NCBI GenBank assembly: GCA_033764015.1
Contig: JANRJK010000036.1
Span: forward strand, 295,164 to 359,163
Reading direction: 5' to 3'
Source: Candidatus Sumerlaeia bacterium
GTDB taxonomy: Bacteria > Sumerlaeota > Sumerlaeia > SLMS01 > JANRJK01
DNA length: 64,000 bases
Part shown: one piece after another, positions 52,114 through 61,111 of the stretch
How positions within the stretch are numbered: position 1 is the first letter of the stretch
Layout of the letters: each line of letters opens with the position of its first letter
Position numbers and translations under genes: made by a program
Notes under the pieces: generated by a model
Databases searched by the model: none
What the model saw: the letters and a program-made list of their open reading frames with translations, nothing else
What the model was told of the DNA's origin: nothing

Positions 52114-53109
52114 ATGATCGACGTCCGGCAGCTCGGCAAAGTCTTCACCGTCCACAAGAAGGAGCCCGGCCTCGCGGGCTCGATCAAATCGCTCGTGAAG
52201 CGGGAGCGGATCGACAAGCACGCGGTCCGCGACGCCACCTTCCAGGTCGGCGAGGGCGAGATCGTCGGGCTGATCGGCGCGAACGGCGCCGGGAAGACGA
52301 CGCTGGTCAAGATGCTGGCGGGCATCATCCACCCGAGCAGCGGGGACGCGACGGTGCTCGGCCACCGCCCCTGGGAGCGGCACAACGACTTCCGCAGCCG
52401 CATCGCGCTCATCATGGGGCAGAAGGCGCAGCTCTGGTGGGACCTGCCCGCGGCGGACTGCTTCCTGCTGCTGCGGGAGATCTACCGCGTGCCGGAGGAG
52501 AAGCACCGCCGAACGCTGGAGGAGTTGACGGAGCTGCTGGACGTGCGGGAGCAGCTCAACATCCAGATCCGGAGGCTGTCGCTCGGCGAGCGGATGAAGA
52601 TGGAGCTGATCGCCGCGCTGCTGCACGAGCCGCGGGTGGTGTACCTGGACGAGCCGACGATCGGCCTGGACCTCACGGCGCAGCGGTCGATCCGCGAGTT
52701 CATCCTGCGCTACCGCCGCCAGCACCGCCCGGCGATGCTGCTCACGAGCCACTACATGGAGGACATCGAGCGGCTCTGCGAGCGCATCATCATCATGCGC
52801 GGCGGCGAGATCGTGTACGACGGCGGGCTGGACAAGGTCGTTAAGACCTACGCCACGCACAAGATCGTGACGGTGCACCTGGAGGAGGGCGCGGAAGGGC
52901 AGGTGGACCGGGAGCGCGTGGAGCGGATCGGGCGGGTGCTCGAGAGCAGCGGCGCGACGCTGCGGGTCTCCGTGCCGCGCGCGACCGTCGCGGCGGCGTC
53001 TTCGGACCTGATCTCGATCACGCGGGCGCAGGACCTCACGATCGAGGAGGAGTACATCGGCACGATCATCGAGTCGATCATGCGCGACCATCCGGGGAGC
53101 GGCCGGTGA
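52114..53109 (+). CDS. ABC-2 type transporter ATP-binding protein
   Basis: GANGAGKTT, LWWDLP, LSLGERMK, DEPTIGLD and TSHYM motifs. Confidence 0.93.
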   Translation: MIDVRQLGKVFTVHKKEPGLAGSIKSLVKRERIDKHAVRDATFQVGEGEIVGLIGANGAGKTTLVKMLAGIIHPSSGDATVLGHRPWERHNDFRSRIALIMGQKAQLWWDLPAADCFLLLREIYRVPEEKHRRTLEELTELLDVREQLNIQIRRLSLGERMKMELIAALLHEPRVVYLDEPTIGLDLTAQRSIREFILRYRRQHRPAMLLTSHYMEDIERLCERIIIMRGGEIVYDGGLDKVVKTYATHKIVTVHLEEGAEGQVDRERVERIGRVLESSGATLRVSVPRATVAAASSDLISITRAQDLTIEEEYIGTIIESIMRDHPGSGR

Positions 53110-53921
53110 CGCCGCGGCTCTTCCTCGCCATCGCCGGGATGCAGGCGCGCAAGCTGATGTCGTACCGCGCGGACTTCTGGATCACGACGCTCGCCACGCT
53201 GGCGGTCGCCTTCGGGGTGGTCTTCTTCATGTGGGAGGCGATCTTCCGCGACTCGGGGGCGGCGACGATCTCGGGGTTTTCGTTCAAGGGGATGATGCTC
53301 TACTACCTCACCACGCTGCTGATCACGAAGTTCGTGTGGGGCGGCGAGGGCGAGGGCGGCGCCATGGCGGACGACATCTACAGCGGCGGCCTCTCGCGCT
53401 ACATCGTGTACCCGACGAGCTACTTCCCGTTCAAGTACGCGGAGCGCCTCGGCGCGATGCTGCCGGCGCTGGCGCAGATGCTCGTGCTGGGCGGTGTGGT
53501 GTTCGTGGTCGTGGACCTGCCGCCGGAGGTGAACTTCACGGTGGCGGGCATGGCGATGGGGCTGGTCTCGCTGCTGCTGGCGAACCTGCTCAACTTCGCG
53601 ATCCTGGCGCCGATCGAGGGCGTGGCGTTCTGGGCGGACAACGTGTGGTCGCTGACGGTGATCGCGCGTTTCGGGGTCAGCATCCTGGGTGGTTCGATGC
53701 TGCCGCTGGCCCTGTACCCGGACTGGGCGCGGGAAACGCTGTGGTGGCTGCCGTTCGCGCACATCTACCATGCGCCGGCGAACGTGATCCTGGGTAAGCT
53801 GGGCCCGGCGGAGTGGCTCGCGAGCGTGGGCATCGCGCTGGGCTGGATCGCGGCGATCTCGCTGCTGACGCGGCTGGTGTGGCGCGCGGGGCACCGGCAG
53901 TACACGGGAGTCGGCATCTGA
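53106..53921 (+). CDS. ABC-2 type transporter permease (DUF990-like)
   Basis: YRADFW, DIYSG.L..Y...P and G..LPL..YP.W...LPF motifs; six TMs. Confidence 0.88.
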   Translation: MTPRLFLAIAGMQARKLMSYRADFWITTLATLAVAFGVVFFMWEAIFRDSGAATISGFSFKGMMLYYLTTLLITKFVWGGEGEGGAMADDIYSGGLSRYIVYPTSYFPFKYAERLGAMLPALAQMLVLGGVVFVVVDLPPEVNFTVAGMAMGLVSLLLANLLNFAILAPIEGVAFWADNVWSLTVIARFGVSILGGSMLPLALYPDWARETLWWLPFAHIYHAPANVILGKLGPAEWLASVGIALGWIAAISLLTRLVWRAGHRQYTGVGI

Positions 53922-54709
53922 TGTGGCGCTACCTGCGGCTCTTCGCGTACTTCGTCCGCTTCTCCTTCAGCCGCGCGATGGAGTTCCGCCTCGATTTCTT
54001 CTTCCGCGTCGTCATGGACTGCCTGTTCTACGTGGTGCAGTTCGTGTTCTTCTTCATCATCTACCGGCACACGGACGCGGTCGGCGGCTGGAACCTGGAC
54101 CAGATCATCGTCTTCACCGCGGGCTACCTGTGGCTCGACGCGGTGAACATGACGCTGTTCTCGAACAACATGTGGTGGCTGCCGATGCTGATCAACAAGG
54201 GCGATCTGGACTACTATCTGGTGCGCCCGGTGTCGTCGCTGTTCTTCGTTAGCCTGCGCGACTTCGCGGCGAACTCGTTCATGAACCTGGTGATAGCGGG
54301 GGCGATCCTGGGGTGGGCGCTGCTGCGCCATCCGGGGGAGATCCCACTCGAGAACTACGTCGCCTACGCGGTGCTGATGGCGCTGGGGAGCTACTTCTTC
54401 TACCTGGTGCAGATCTGGTTCGCGACGCCGACGTTCTGGCTGCATTCGGCGCAGGGCCTGCGCGAGATCCAGTTCCGCCTGACGCAGTACGCCGAGCGCC
54501 CGGACCAGATCTTCCGCCCGTGGCTGCGGCGGATCCTGCTGACCGTGCTGCCGCTGGCGCTGACGGTTTCGGTGCCGACGCACGTGCTGTTCAACGGATT
54601 GACGTGGCCGGTGGCGCTGAACGTCGGGGGCGCGGCGGTGTTCGGCACCGTGTTCACCATCTGGTTCTGGAACCGTGGCCTGAGGGGTTACGTTTCGGCG
54701 TCGTCGTGA
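53921..54709 (+). CDS. ABC-2 type transporter permease (DUF990-like)
   Basis: MEFRLDFF, GGWN, GDLDYYLVRP and P..IF motifs. TGATG overlap with the upstream gene. Confidence 0.88.
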   Translation: MWRYLRLFAYFVRFSFSRAMEFRLDFFFRVVMDCLFYVVQFVFFFIIYRHTDAVGGWNLDQIIVFTAGYLWLDAVNMTLFSNNMWWLPMLINKGDLDYYLVRPVSSLFFVSLRDFAANSFMNLVIAGAILGWALLRHPGEIPLENYVAYAVLMALGSYFFYLVQIWFATPTFWLHSAQGLREIQFRLTQYAERPDQIFRPWLRRILLTVLPLALTVSVPTHVLFNGLTWPVALNVGGAAVFGTVFTIWFWNRGLRGYVSASS

Positions 54710-55288
54710 CTAGACCGCCCAGCCCTTGCGCCCTGCACGGCGGAGGAACTCCTCCAGCCGGGTTGAGTCGCCGGTAACCTCCGCCAGTTCCGCAAGCTCC
54801 CTCCGAACCGCCCCTAGGTTCAGGCCGGGTCCGTGGCGTTCGAGCACTCCCTCGACATCCATCCAGTCCTTCTCGCGTCCGGCGAAGCACTTCGTGACCA
54901 GAAGGTCCTCCGCCGAGCAGGTGCGCAGCAACACGCCCGGGGAGAACTGGAAGTCGGTGGCGCGCCCGATCATGGCGTCCTCGAACTGGAGCGCGGCCAA
55001 GGAAACATCGATCGGAACGCCTGCCGATGAGCGCAGCAGGAGGACGCGGTGGCGCTCGGCGAACTCGCGCGCACCCGGGAGGCGGGCTTCGAACCGCCCC
55101 AGCAGCGCGTCGATCACCGCGCCGCCGTCCTCCCAACCGGTGAACACCGCCACATCGACATCGAGCGTTTGGCGGGGATTGGACCAACGCAGCACCGCGA
55201 TCCCGCCGATGAAGCAGAACCGCAGCTCCGCGGCGCGGCAGGCGTCTTGAATCTCGAGCGCCGCGGCGTAGAGGGTGTTCCCGGTCAA
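54710..55288 (-). CDS. Nucleotidyltransferase toxin, AbiEii/MenT1-like
   Basis: FIGGIAV...SNPRQTLDVD, PIDV, EDLLVTK..AGREKD..D motifs. TTG start overlaps the upstream stop (TTGA). Confidence 0.78.
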   Translation of the reverse strand: MTGNTLYAAALEIQDACRAAELRFCFIGGIAVLRWSNPRQTLDVDVAVFTGWEDGGAVIDALLGRFEARLPGAREFAERHRVLLLRSSAGVPIDVSLAALQFEDAMIGRATDFQFSPGVLLRTCSAEDLLVTKCFAGREKDWMDVEGVLERHGPGLNLGAVRRELAELAEVTGDSTRLEEFLRRAGRKGWAV

Positions 55289-55545
55289 CGGCTGCCCTTC
55301 CGGCGTTGCCACTCCGCCCACAGCATCATCGCGCGCTGCCACTCGACGAGGCCGCTGGAGGCGCGCTCCTCCGGGTGTTCGAGTCCGGCGCGGACCAGAT
55401 CGTCGACGAGGCGCCAGTTGTCGCCGAAGCTGAAGGCGGAGGCCTCCGCGGCGCGCACCCGCTCCGCCGCCTGGAAGCCCTCCTCGCGGGCCCGTAGCAG
55501 TGCCCGCAGCCGCTCCCGTTCGATCCCGCCGCTGGAATCCGCCAT
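55285..55545 (-). CDS. Small helical protein, putative antitoxin
   Basis: 86 aa with a SSGLVEWQR segment, strong SD GGAGGT, translationally coupled to the NTase. Confidence 0.65.
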   Translation of the reverse strand: MADSSGGIERERLRALLRAREEGFQAAERVRAAEASAFSFGDNWRLVDDLVRAGLEHPEERASSGLVEWQRAMMLWAEWQRRKGSR

Positions 55546-55683
55546 CGCCGCACCTCCGGGGGATTGGACCCCGCCCGGCGTCCCGCCTGCAAGCGGCGCG
55601 AATCGCGGTTGCCGCCGTCGGCGGGCTTTGCGCGGAATGCGGGGACCACCCCGATGGCGATTTCCCAGAGTAGGAGACGTCCG

Positions 55684-57405
55684 ATGAAGAGGCTTCTGAC
55701 TGCCGCCGCCGTGCTTGCGATCGTCGCGAGCGGCTGTTCCCGCGGCGACAAGTTCCGCGTCGAGGAGAACCGCGCGCTGCACCCGCCGATCCCGATGCGG
55801 GTCGCGATCCAGCCCTTCGAGGACGCGCGCGGCTTCGAGCGGCGCGCGAACCGCACGCTGGAGTACATCCCTCTGATGCCCTACTCGGCGTACCACTACG
55901 ACCGCTACGACGAGGCCTCGCCGGGCGTCATCGAGCCGTTCCCCACGCTGATGCCGTCTCTGCTGGAGCGCCGCTTCGCCACAGTGCCGGTGTTCGAGTC
56001 GGCGACGTACTTCGAGCCCGGCACGGAGCCGGTGCGGGGCGAGCAGGACCTGGTGCTGCGCGGCAAGCTGCTCGAGCTTTCGGGCAAGGGGGGACGCTCG
56101 CGCTACGGGCTGTCGATCTTCGGCGACCTTCTGTGGTACCTCGGGTTGCCTAACCAGAGCCGCTACTGGGTGGCGGACATGGAGTTCCAGCTCGAAAACG
56201 CGTACACCGGCGTCCCGGTGGGCGAGCCGGTCAAGGTGCAGCAGCGGACGGACAAGCGCTTCTTCACGGTGTACGGCGACCTGACGAACATCGACGAGCT
56301 GACGAACGGCATGGACCGCGCCTGGGACGACCTGATCACGCAGCTTTGGGCGACGCAGCCCGAGGCGGCGTCGGCGCAATGGGCGGAGCTTCGCCGCGAG
56401 GGGCAGCAGGTGCTGGCCCGCGAGGCGTCGGACGCGGACTTCGCGCGCAAGGGGACGCCGCCGACGTTCTCGTTCCTGTCGCCGGCGAAAGGCGAGCGCG
56501 TGCGCGGCGCGACGACGACGGTGCGCTGGTCGCTCACCGCGCCGGGCGGCCTGAAGCAGGTCGCACTGGTGGTGAACAACCAGCCGGTAGACATCGGCGT
56601 GAACCCGCTGGACCTGATGAACGCGGAGAAGGCGCCGCGGAACCTCTCGGCGCGGGACCTGCAGGTGCCGCTGCGCCTCGGCGCGAACCGCTTCGACGTG
56701 CTCGTGGCGGACCACCGCGGCAACGAGACGCGGAGCGATTTCGAGCTTCTCCGCGTGCCGTCGGAGCTGTTCCCGGCGCGGCGCGCGGCGCTGGTGGTGG
56801 GCTCCGGCTCGCCGATCCTGGAGGCGAGCGCCCGCCGGCTCGGCGAGCAGCTCGGCGATCCGCTGGTGGGGCAGCTCGACGACGCGACCCTGACGGTCGC
56901 GACGCCGGCCTCGCTGGACCGGGCGACGCTGAAGGGGCTGCTGGACGAGTTCACGGGGCGCCGCGTGGGCGGCGAACTCGCCTTCATCTACATCGCGGCG
57001 AAGGGCGACGCCGCCACGAAGACCATCGCGGGGGGCTACGGGGTGCTTGACATGGTCAAGGATCTCGGCACGTCGCTGGCGACGGACGACGTGGTGCTGG
57101 TGCTCGACATCGACTGGAACGGCGAAGCCTCCGGGGAGCTGCTTCGCGAGTGGCGCGGCGAACTGCCGCGGCAGTGGGCGGTGGTGGTCGGCGAGTCGTC
57201 CCCGCGCCCTGCGAAGACCTCGGGCGGCGCGACGGCGCTGGCGGCGGAGCTGTCGCGGGCGCTGGCGGGGGATGCCAACTCGCGCGGGATGCTGAGCCTC
57301 GAGCGGCTGCTGGACCAGGCGTTCGCCGGTGCGCAGTCGCTGGGCGCGGAGCCGGCGGTGGCGGGGAGCTACAATCCCAGCATCACGATGGCGGCCCGCG
57401 AATAG
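55684..57405 (+). CDS. Lipoprotein with Ig-like domain and catalytically dead caspase-like (C14) domain
   Basis: Lipobox VASGC, SD AGGAGA. Ig-like segment VPLRLGANRFDVLVADHRGN. C-terminal RRAALVVG...FIYIAAKG...LVLDIDWNG...GDANSRG.LSL..L. Confidence 0.7.
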   Translation: MKRLLTAAAVLAIVASGCSRGDKFRVEENRALHPPIPMRVAIQPFEDARGFERRANRTLEYIPLMPYSAYHYDRYDEASPGVIEPFPTLMPSLLERRFATVPVFESATYFEPGTEPVRGEQDLVLRGKLLELSGKGGRSRYGLSIFGDLLWYLGLPNQSRYWVADMEFQLENAYTGVPVGEPVKVQQRTDKRFFTVYGDLTNIDELTNGMDRAWDDLITQLWATQPEAASAQWAELRREGQQVLAREASDADFARKGTPPTFSFLSPAKGERVRGATTTVRWSLTAPGGLKQVALVVNNQPVDIGVNPLDLMNAEKAPRNLSARDLQVPLRLGANRFDVLVADHRGNETRSDFELLRVPSELFPARRAALVVGSGSPILEASARRLGEQLGDPLVGQLDDATLTVATPASLDRATLKGLLDEFTGRRVGGELAFIYIAAKGDAATKTIAGGYGVLDMVKDLGTSLATDDVVLVLDIDWNGEASGELLREWRGELPRQWAVVVGESSPRPAKTSGGATALAAELSRALAGDANSRGMLSLERLLDQAFAGAQSLGAEPAVAGSYNPSITMAARE

Positions 57406-57418
57406 CCCCGGTGCGGAC

Positions 57419-58972
57419 ATGACGGATCCGGCGTCCGCCAGCGGCGCCCACCGCCGCCTCGCGTGGGCGGCGTGGGCGCTGATCGCGCTCGGCGCGCTGC
57501 TGCGCGTCGCGGGGGCGGGCGCATGGAACCCGTACTGGACCGACGAGTTCAACCACGTGCTCGGCGCCTCGGCGTACCTCGAGGGCCGGGGGATGGTGCT
57601 GCCGACGGGTGTCCCGGTGGACCGGGCCCCTGCGTACACAGGGCTTGTGGCCGCAAGCTTCGCGGTGTTCGGCGAGCACGAGCTGGCCGCCCGGCTGCCG
57701 TCGATCGTGTTCAGCGCCGGGGCACTGGTGCTGCTCTGGGTTTACGGGGCGCGGGTGCTGGGGCCGGTGGCGGCGCTGGCGGCGCTGTTCCTGTTCGCGA
57801 CGGACGAGTGGATCGTGCGCTGGGGGCGGACGTGCCGCATGTACGCGCCGATGCAGTTCGCGAACATAGGGGTGCTGCTGCTGGCGATGGATCTTGCGCG
57901 GAACTGGCAGGACCATTCGCGGCGCAAACGCGCGCTGCTGGCGGCGCTGGCGGCGGCTGCGGCGCTGTGGGGCCTCGCGATGCACATCCTGTTCGGGACG
58001 GCGCTGGCGGGGGTGCTGTGCGGCGCGTGGCTGGTGGCGGTGGGACGTTCGGTGGGCCACCGCGCGGCGCGCCGGCGCCTGCTCGCGCTCGGGCTCGTTG
58101 CGGTTGCGGGTCTCTCGCTCGCTCTCGAAGCGATCCCGCGCCTCCCCGGATACATCCGCCTGGGCTACGACTACGTCTTCGGCGACGAAACGAAGTGGGG
58201 GATCGTCGACCTGCTGTCGCAAAGCGGCGCGCTGCTGCCGATCGGCGTGGCGTGGCTCCTTTGGGCGAGGCGGCGCGATCCGGCGGCGCACCTGCTCGCG
58301 GGGGGGGTGGCCTTTGGCGTCGTCTTCTTCTTCCGCTTCTCGGTGTTCCAGTCGGACCGCTACTACCTGGTGTTCCAGGACATGTACCTGCTGCTGGCGG
58401 CGATGCTGCTCGGGGAGCTGTGGGAGCGGCGGGGCGCGCTCGCGCGGCGTTGGGGCGCCGCGCCGCGCTGGGCGCCCGCGGCGGCGTTCGCGCTGGTGGT
58501 GGCGGCGCTGCTGTACGACAGCTCGCACGAGCGCCTGCTCTCGTCGCCCGGGAGCTACGCGCGGCGGCAGCGGAACGCGGAGTGGTCGCAGGCGGTGCGC
58601 GCGGCGTGGGAGGCGTCCTCGCCTGGGGACGCCTTCGCCGCCACGGAGCAGTTCGCGCTGTACTACTACCTACCGCCGGAGGGCCGCTCGCGGCCGCTCC
58701 GGCTGCTGCGCGACCGGGACCTCGCGCTGATGTACCCGCGCGCGATCGTCCGCGACGGGACCACCTACGAGCGCCTGACGGGGATGCCGCTGATCGACAG
58801 CTTGGAGAAGTTGGCGGTGGGTGTTCCGCCCGGCGGCGCGCTATGGCTAGTCGTGGACGATTCGAAGTGGGGGAACCGCCTGTCGCGCCCGCTCCGCGAC
58901 GCGATCGAGTCGCGCGCGGAGGAAATCGCGGAATTCCACCGGGTGCGCGTGCTGCGGATCCCGGGCGGGTGA
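57419..58972 (+). CDS. GT-C fold (ArnT/PMT-like) membrane glycosyltransferase
   Basis: LLR...YWTDE, FGEHELAARLPS, RMYA and DRYY motifs; many TMs. Confidence 0.8.
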   Translation: MTDPASASGAHRRLAWAAWALIALGALLRVAGAGAWNPYWTDEFNHVLGASAYLEGRGMVLPTGVPVDRAPAYTGLVAASFAVFGEHELAARLPSIVFSAGALVLLWVYGARVLGPVAALAALFLFATDEWIVRWGRTCRMYAPMQFANIGVLLLAMDLARNWQDHSRRKRALLAALAAAAALWGLAMHILFGTALAGVLCGAWLVAVGRSVGHRAARRRLLALGLVAVAGLSLALEAIPRLPGYIRLGYDYVFGDETKWGIVDLLSQSGALLPIGVAWLLWARRRDPAAHLLAGGVAFGVVFFFRFSVFQSDRYYLVFQDMYLLLAAMLLGELWERRGALARRWGAAPRWAPAAAFALVVAALLYDSSHERLLSSPGSYARRQRNAEWSQAVRAAWEASSPGDAFAATEQFALYYYLPPEGRSRPLRLLRDRDLALMYPRAIVRDGTTYERLTGMPLIDSLEKLAVGVPPGGALWLVVDDSKWGNRLSRPLRDAIESRAEEIAEFHRVRVLRIPGG

Positions 58973-59001
58973 CGGCGGATCGGGTTGAAAGTGGAAAAAA
59001 A

Positions 59002-59078
59002 TGGTCGGGGCGACTGGATTTGAACCAGCGACCACTCGCCCCCCAGACGAGTGCGCTACCAGGCTGCGCTACGCCCCG
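59002..59078 (-). tRNA. tRNA-Pro (GGG)
   Basis: CGGGGCGTAGCGCAGCCTGGTAGCGCACTCGTCTGGGGGGCGAGTGGTCGCTGGTTCAAATCCAGTCGCCCCGACCA. Confidence 0.96.
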
Positions 59079-59239
59079 ACCGGGGCAGAGTTGAAAACGC
59101 AAGCACCGCGCCCGGGGCGGGTCAAGCGCGAGATGCCTTGGATTCCGAGCGGAGGGGGATCGCGCCCCGAGGGGGCTTCCGCGTTGCCCCGGGGGCGGCG
59201 GGACGGCGCCAGTGGCCGAAACCCACAAGGATGCACACC

Positions 59240-59503
59240 ATGGCCAACGTGATCAGCGCCGACCCCACGCCGAACGAGAACGCGATGAAGTTCACGATGA
59301 GCGGGCGGATTTCGGAGAGCGGCAAGACGTTCAGCAGCGCGGAGGCGGCGCAGTCGAACAACATCGCGAAGGCGGTGTTCGCGCTGGGGGGAGTGAAGTC
59401 GGTGTTCATGGTCGCGGACTTCGTGACGGTGACGAAGTTCCCGGAGGCGAGCTGGGACGAGCTGGCGCAGCGGGTCTGGGCGGCGATCGACGCGGCGGCG
59501 TGA
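59240..59503 (+). CDS. NifU/Nfu N-terminal domain protein
   Basis: PTPNENAMKF, GVKSVF..DFVTVTK...WDEL; 87 aa. Confidence 0.9.
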   Translation: MANVISADPTPNENAMKFTMSGRISESGKTFSSAEAAQSNNIAKAVFALGGVKSVFMVADFVTVTKFPEASWDELAQRVWAAIDAAA

Positions 59504-59604
59504 GCCGGGGCGCGGCGCGGAGCGGTTCCGCGCTTGTGCCCGGGCGCGCGGGATGCGAGCTATTCCCCATGGACAGACCGATGACCCAAGGCAGGACGCG
59601 CGGC

Positions 59605-61011
59605 ATGGATTCCTTGCGCAGAACGGCGGCGGCGCTGGCGGCGTGCGCCGCGATCACGGCTTCGGCGCACGCGGCGCCATTCCAGGCTTGGCTGCCGGGC
59701 GACGTTTCGCCGCTGCCGGAGGACCGCTACACGCTGGAGGCGGGGCGCTTCCTGTCGCCCGCGCTGGCGGGGGGCGTGGCGCGCTCGCTGGAGTCGATGG
59801 GTTGGCGTCCGGTGCTGGTTTGGGAGGACGGTCCGGAGCACGTCGTGTCCGTGGGTGACATCGAGACTCCCGCGGAGGCGGCTGCGCTGGCGGCGGAGTT
59901 CCGCTCGCAGCGGATCGTGGAGGGCCGGGTGGCAAAGCTGCCGCGCAGCGCGCGGGCGATCCCGGCGCCGGGGGTGGACGGGCCGTTCCTGCCGTCGTTC
60001 GCGATCAGCCCGAGGCCGGGGCGCGCGCCGCTGCGGGACGAGGAGCTGCGTCCGGTGCTGGAGGACGGGAAGATCTCGTCGCTCGGCGAGCGGCAGGCGC
60101 TGTTCGACGAGGCGCTGGCGGCGCTGGACGCGGGGAACCTGCGCGCGACGGCGCTGGGCGACGCGGCGGTGCTGGCGGCGAACCCGCTGGTAGGCAGCGT
60201 GGAGGCGCGGGACCGGCAGCTCGCGATGCTGGAGCGGGTGGCGTCGGGGCGCTGGGGCGCGAGCCCGGCCGTGCGCCGGGCGGCGGCGGAGGCGTGCGCC
60301 GACATCTACCTGGGGGACCGCGGCGATGTGGGCGCGGCGTGGCGCGCGACGCGCGCGCTGCTTGCGGACCCGGAGGCGGACGCGGCCTCGGCGGCGATGG
60401 ACCTGCTTCGGCGGGAGGCGATTTCGGCGACGCTGCTGACGACGGCGGGCGCGCCGCCGCCGTCCTTCGCTGCGATGCGCTCGCGGCTGCGCGCCGCGTA
60501 CGACCGCGCGCCGGAGGAAGCGGTGGAGGTCCGGGCGCGGATCGCGCTCTTCTACCTCCGGACGTTCGCGTGGGAGGGCCGCTGGGACCGCGTGCGCGAA
60601 GTGGGCGAGGAGTACCTGACGCGCTTCCCTTCGGAGCCCGGCGAGACGCAGGCGGCGGCGCTGCTGCTGGCGCGGAGCTACGAGGCGTACGAGCAGTACG
60701 ACGGCGCGCTGGTGGTGCTGGACAAGTACGCGGGCTCCTACGTGCAGCCGGAGGCGCGGCTGCGGTCGGGCACGCGGACGGTGGATCCGATGGCGAGCGC
60801 GCGGGAGTGGCGCGAGTACCTGCTGAACCTTTCCGTGGGGGTGGAGCCGGCGCGGCGTCCCGCAGAGGCGGTGCTGACGGAGGACCGGCAGCCGCTGGCG
60901 ATCGCGGTTCCGGTGCCGAAGCGCGCGCCCGGGGTCCCGGCGGCGGCGCCGACGCCCGCGCCGGTGGCGGCGGAATCCACCGGCACGCCCGCGGGCGCGG
61001 CCGCGCCCTGA
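59605..61011 (+). CDS. Secreted hypothetical protein (SPOR-like N-terminus, TPR-like helical C-terminus)
   Basis: Signal peptide ending AHA-A. YTLEAGRF...VVSVG....AEA resembles SPOR. YLTRFP helical repeat. Start uncertain. Confidence 0.55.
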   Translation: MDSLRRTAAALAACAAITASAHAAPFQAWLPGDVSPLPEDRYTLEAGRFLSPALAGGVARSLESMGWRPVLVWEDGPEHVVSVGDIETPAEAAALAAEFRSQRIVEGRVAKLPRSARAIPAPGVDGPFLPSFAISPRPGRAPLRDEELRPVLEDGKISSLGERQALFDEALAALDAGNLRATALGDAAVLAANPLVGSVEARDRQLAMLERVASGRWGASPAVRRAAAEACADIYLGDRGDVGAAWRATRALLADPEADAASAAMDLLRREAISATLLTTAGAPPPSFAAMRSRLRAAYDRAPEEAVEVRARIALFYLRTFAWEGRWDRVREVGEEYLTRFPSEPGETQAAALLLARSYEAYEQYDGALVVLDKYAGSYVQPEARLRSGTRTVDPMASAREWREYLLNLSVGVEPARRPAEAVLTEDRQPLAIAVPVPKRAPGVPAAAPTPAPVAAESTGTPAGAAAP

Positions 61012-61111
61012 GCCCCGCACCCCTCTCTCCTTGCCCGGATCGAGGAGTCCGCGTTGCGATGCGGGCCTCAAGTCCCTTGAGTCGAAACGCGATCCGCGGG
61101 ACGCTTCCGCG

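Noticed and set aside
59160..59200. GC hairpin between tRNA-Pro and the NifU-N gene as an ncRNA or operator
   Set aside because: Imperfect GC-only stem with no U-tract or recognisable motif; expected by chance at this GC content.
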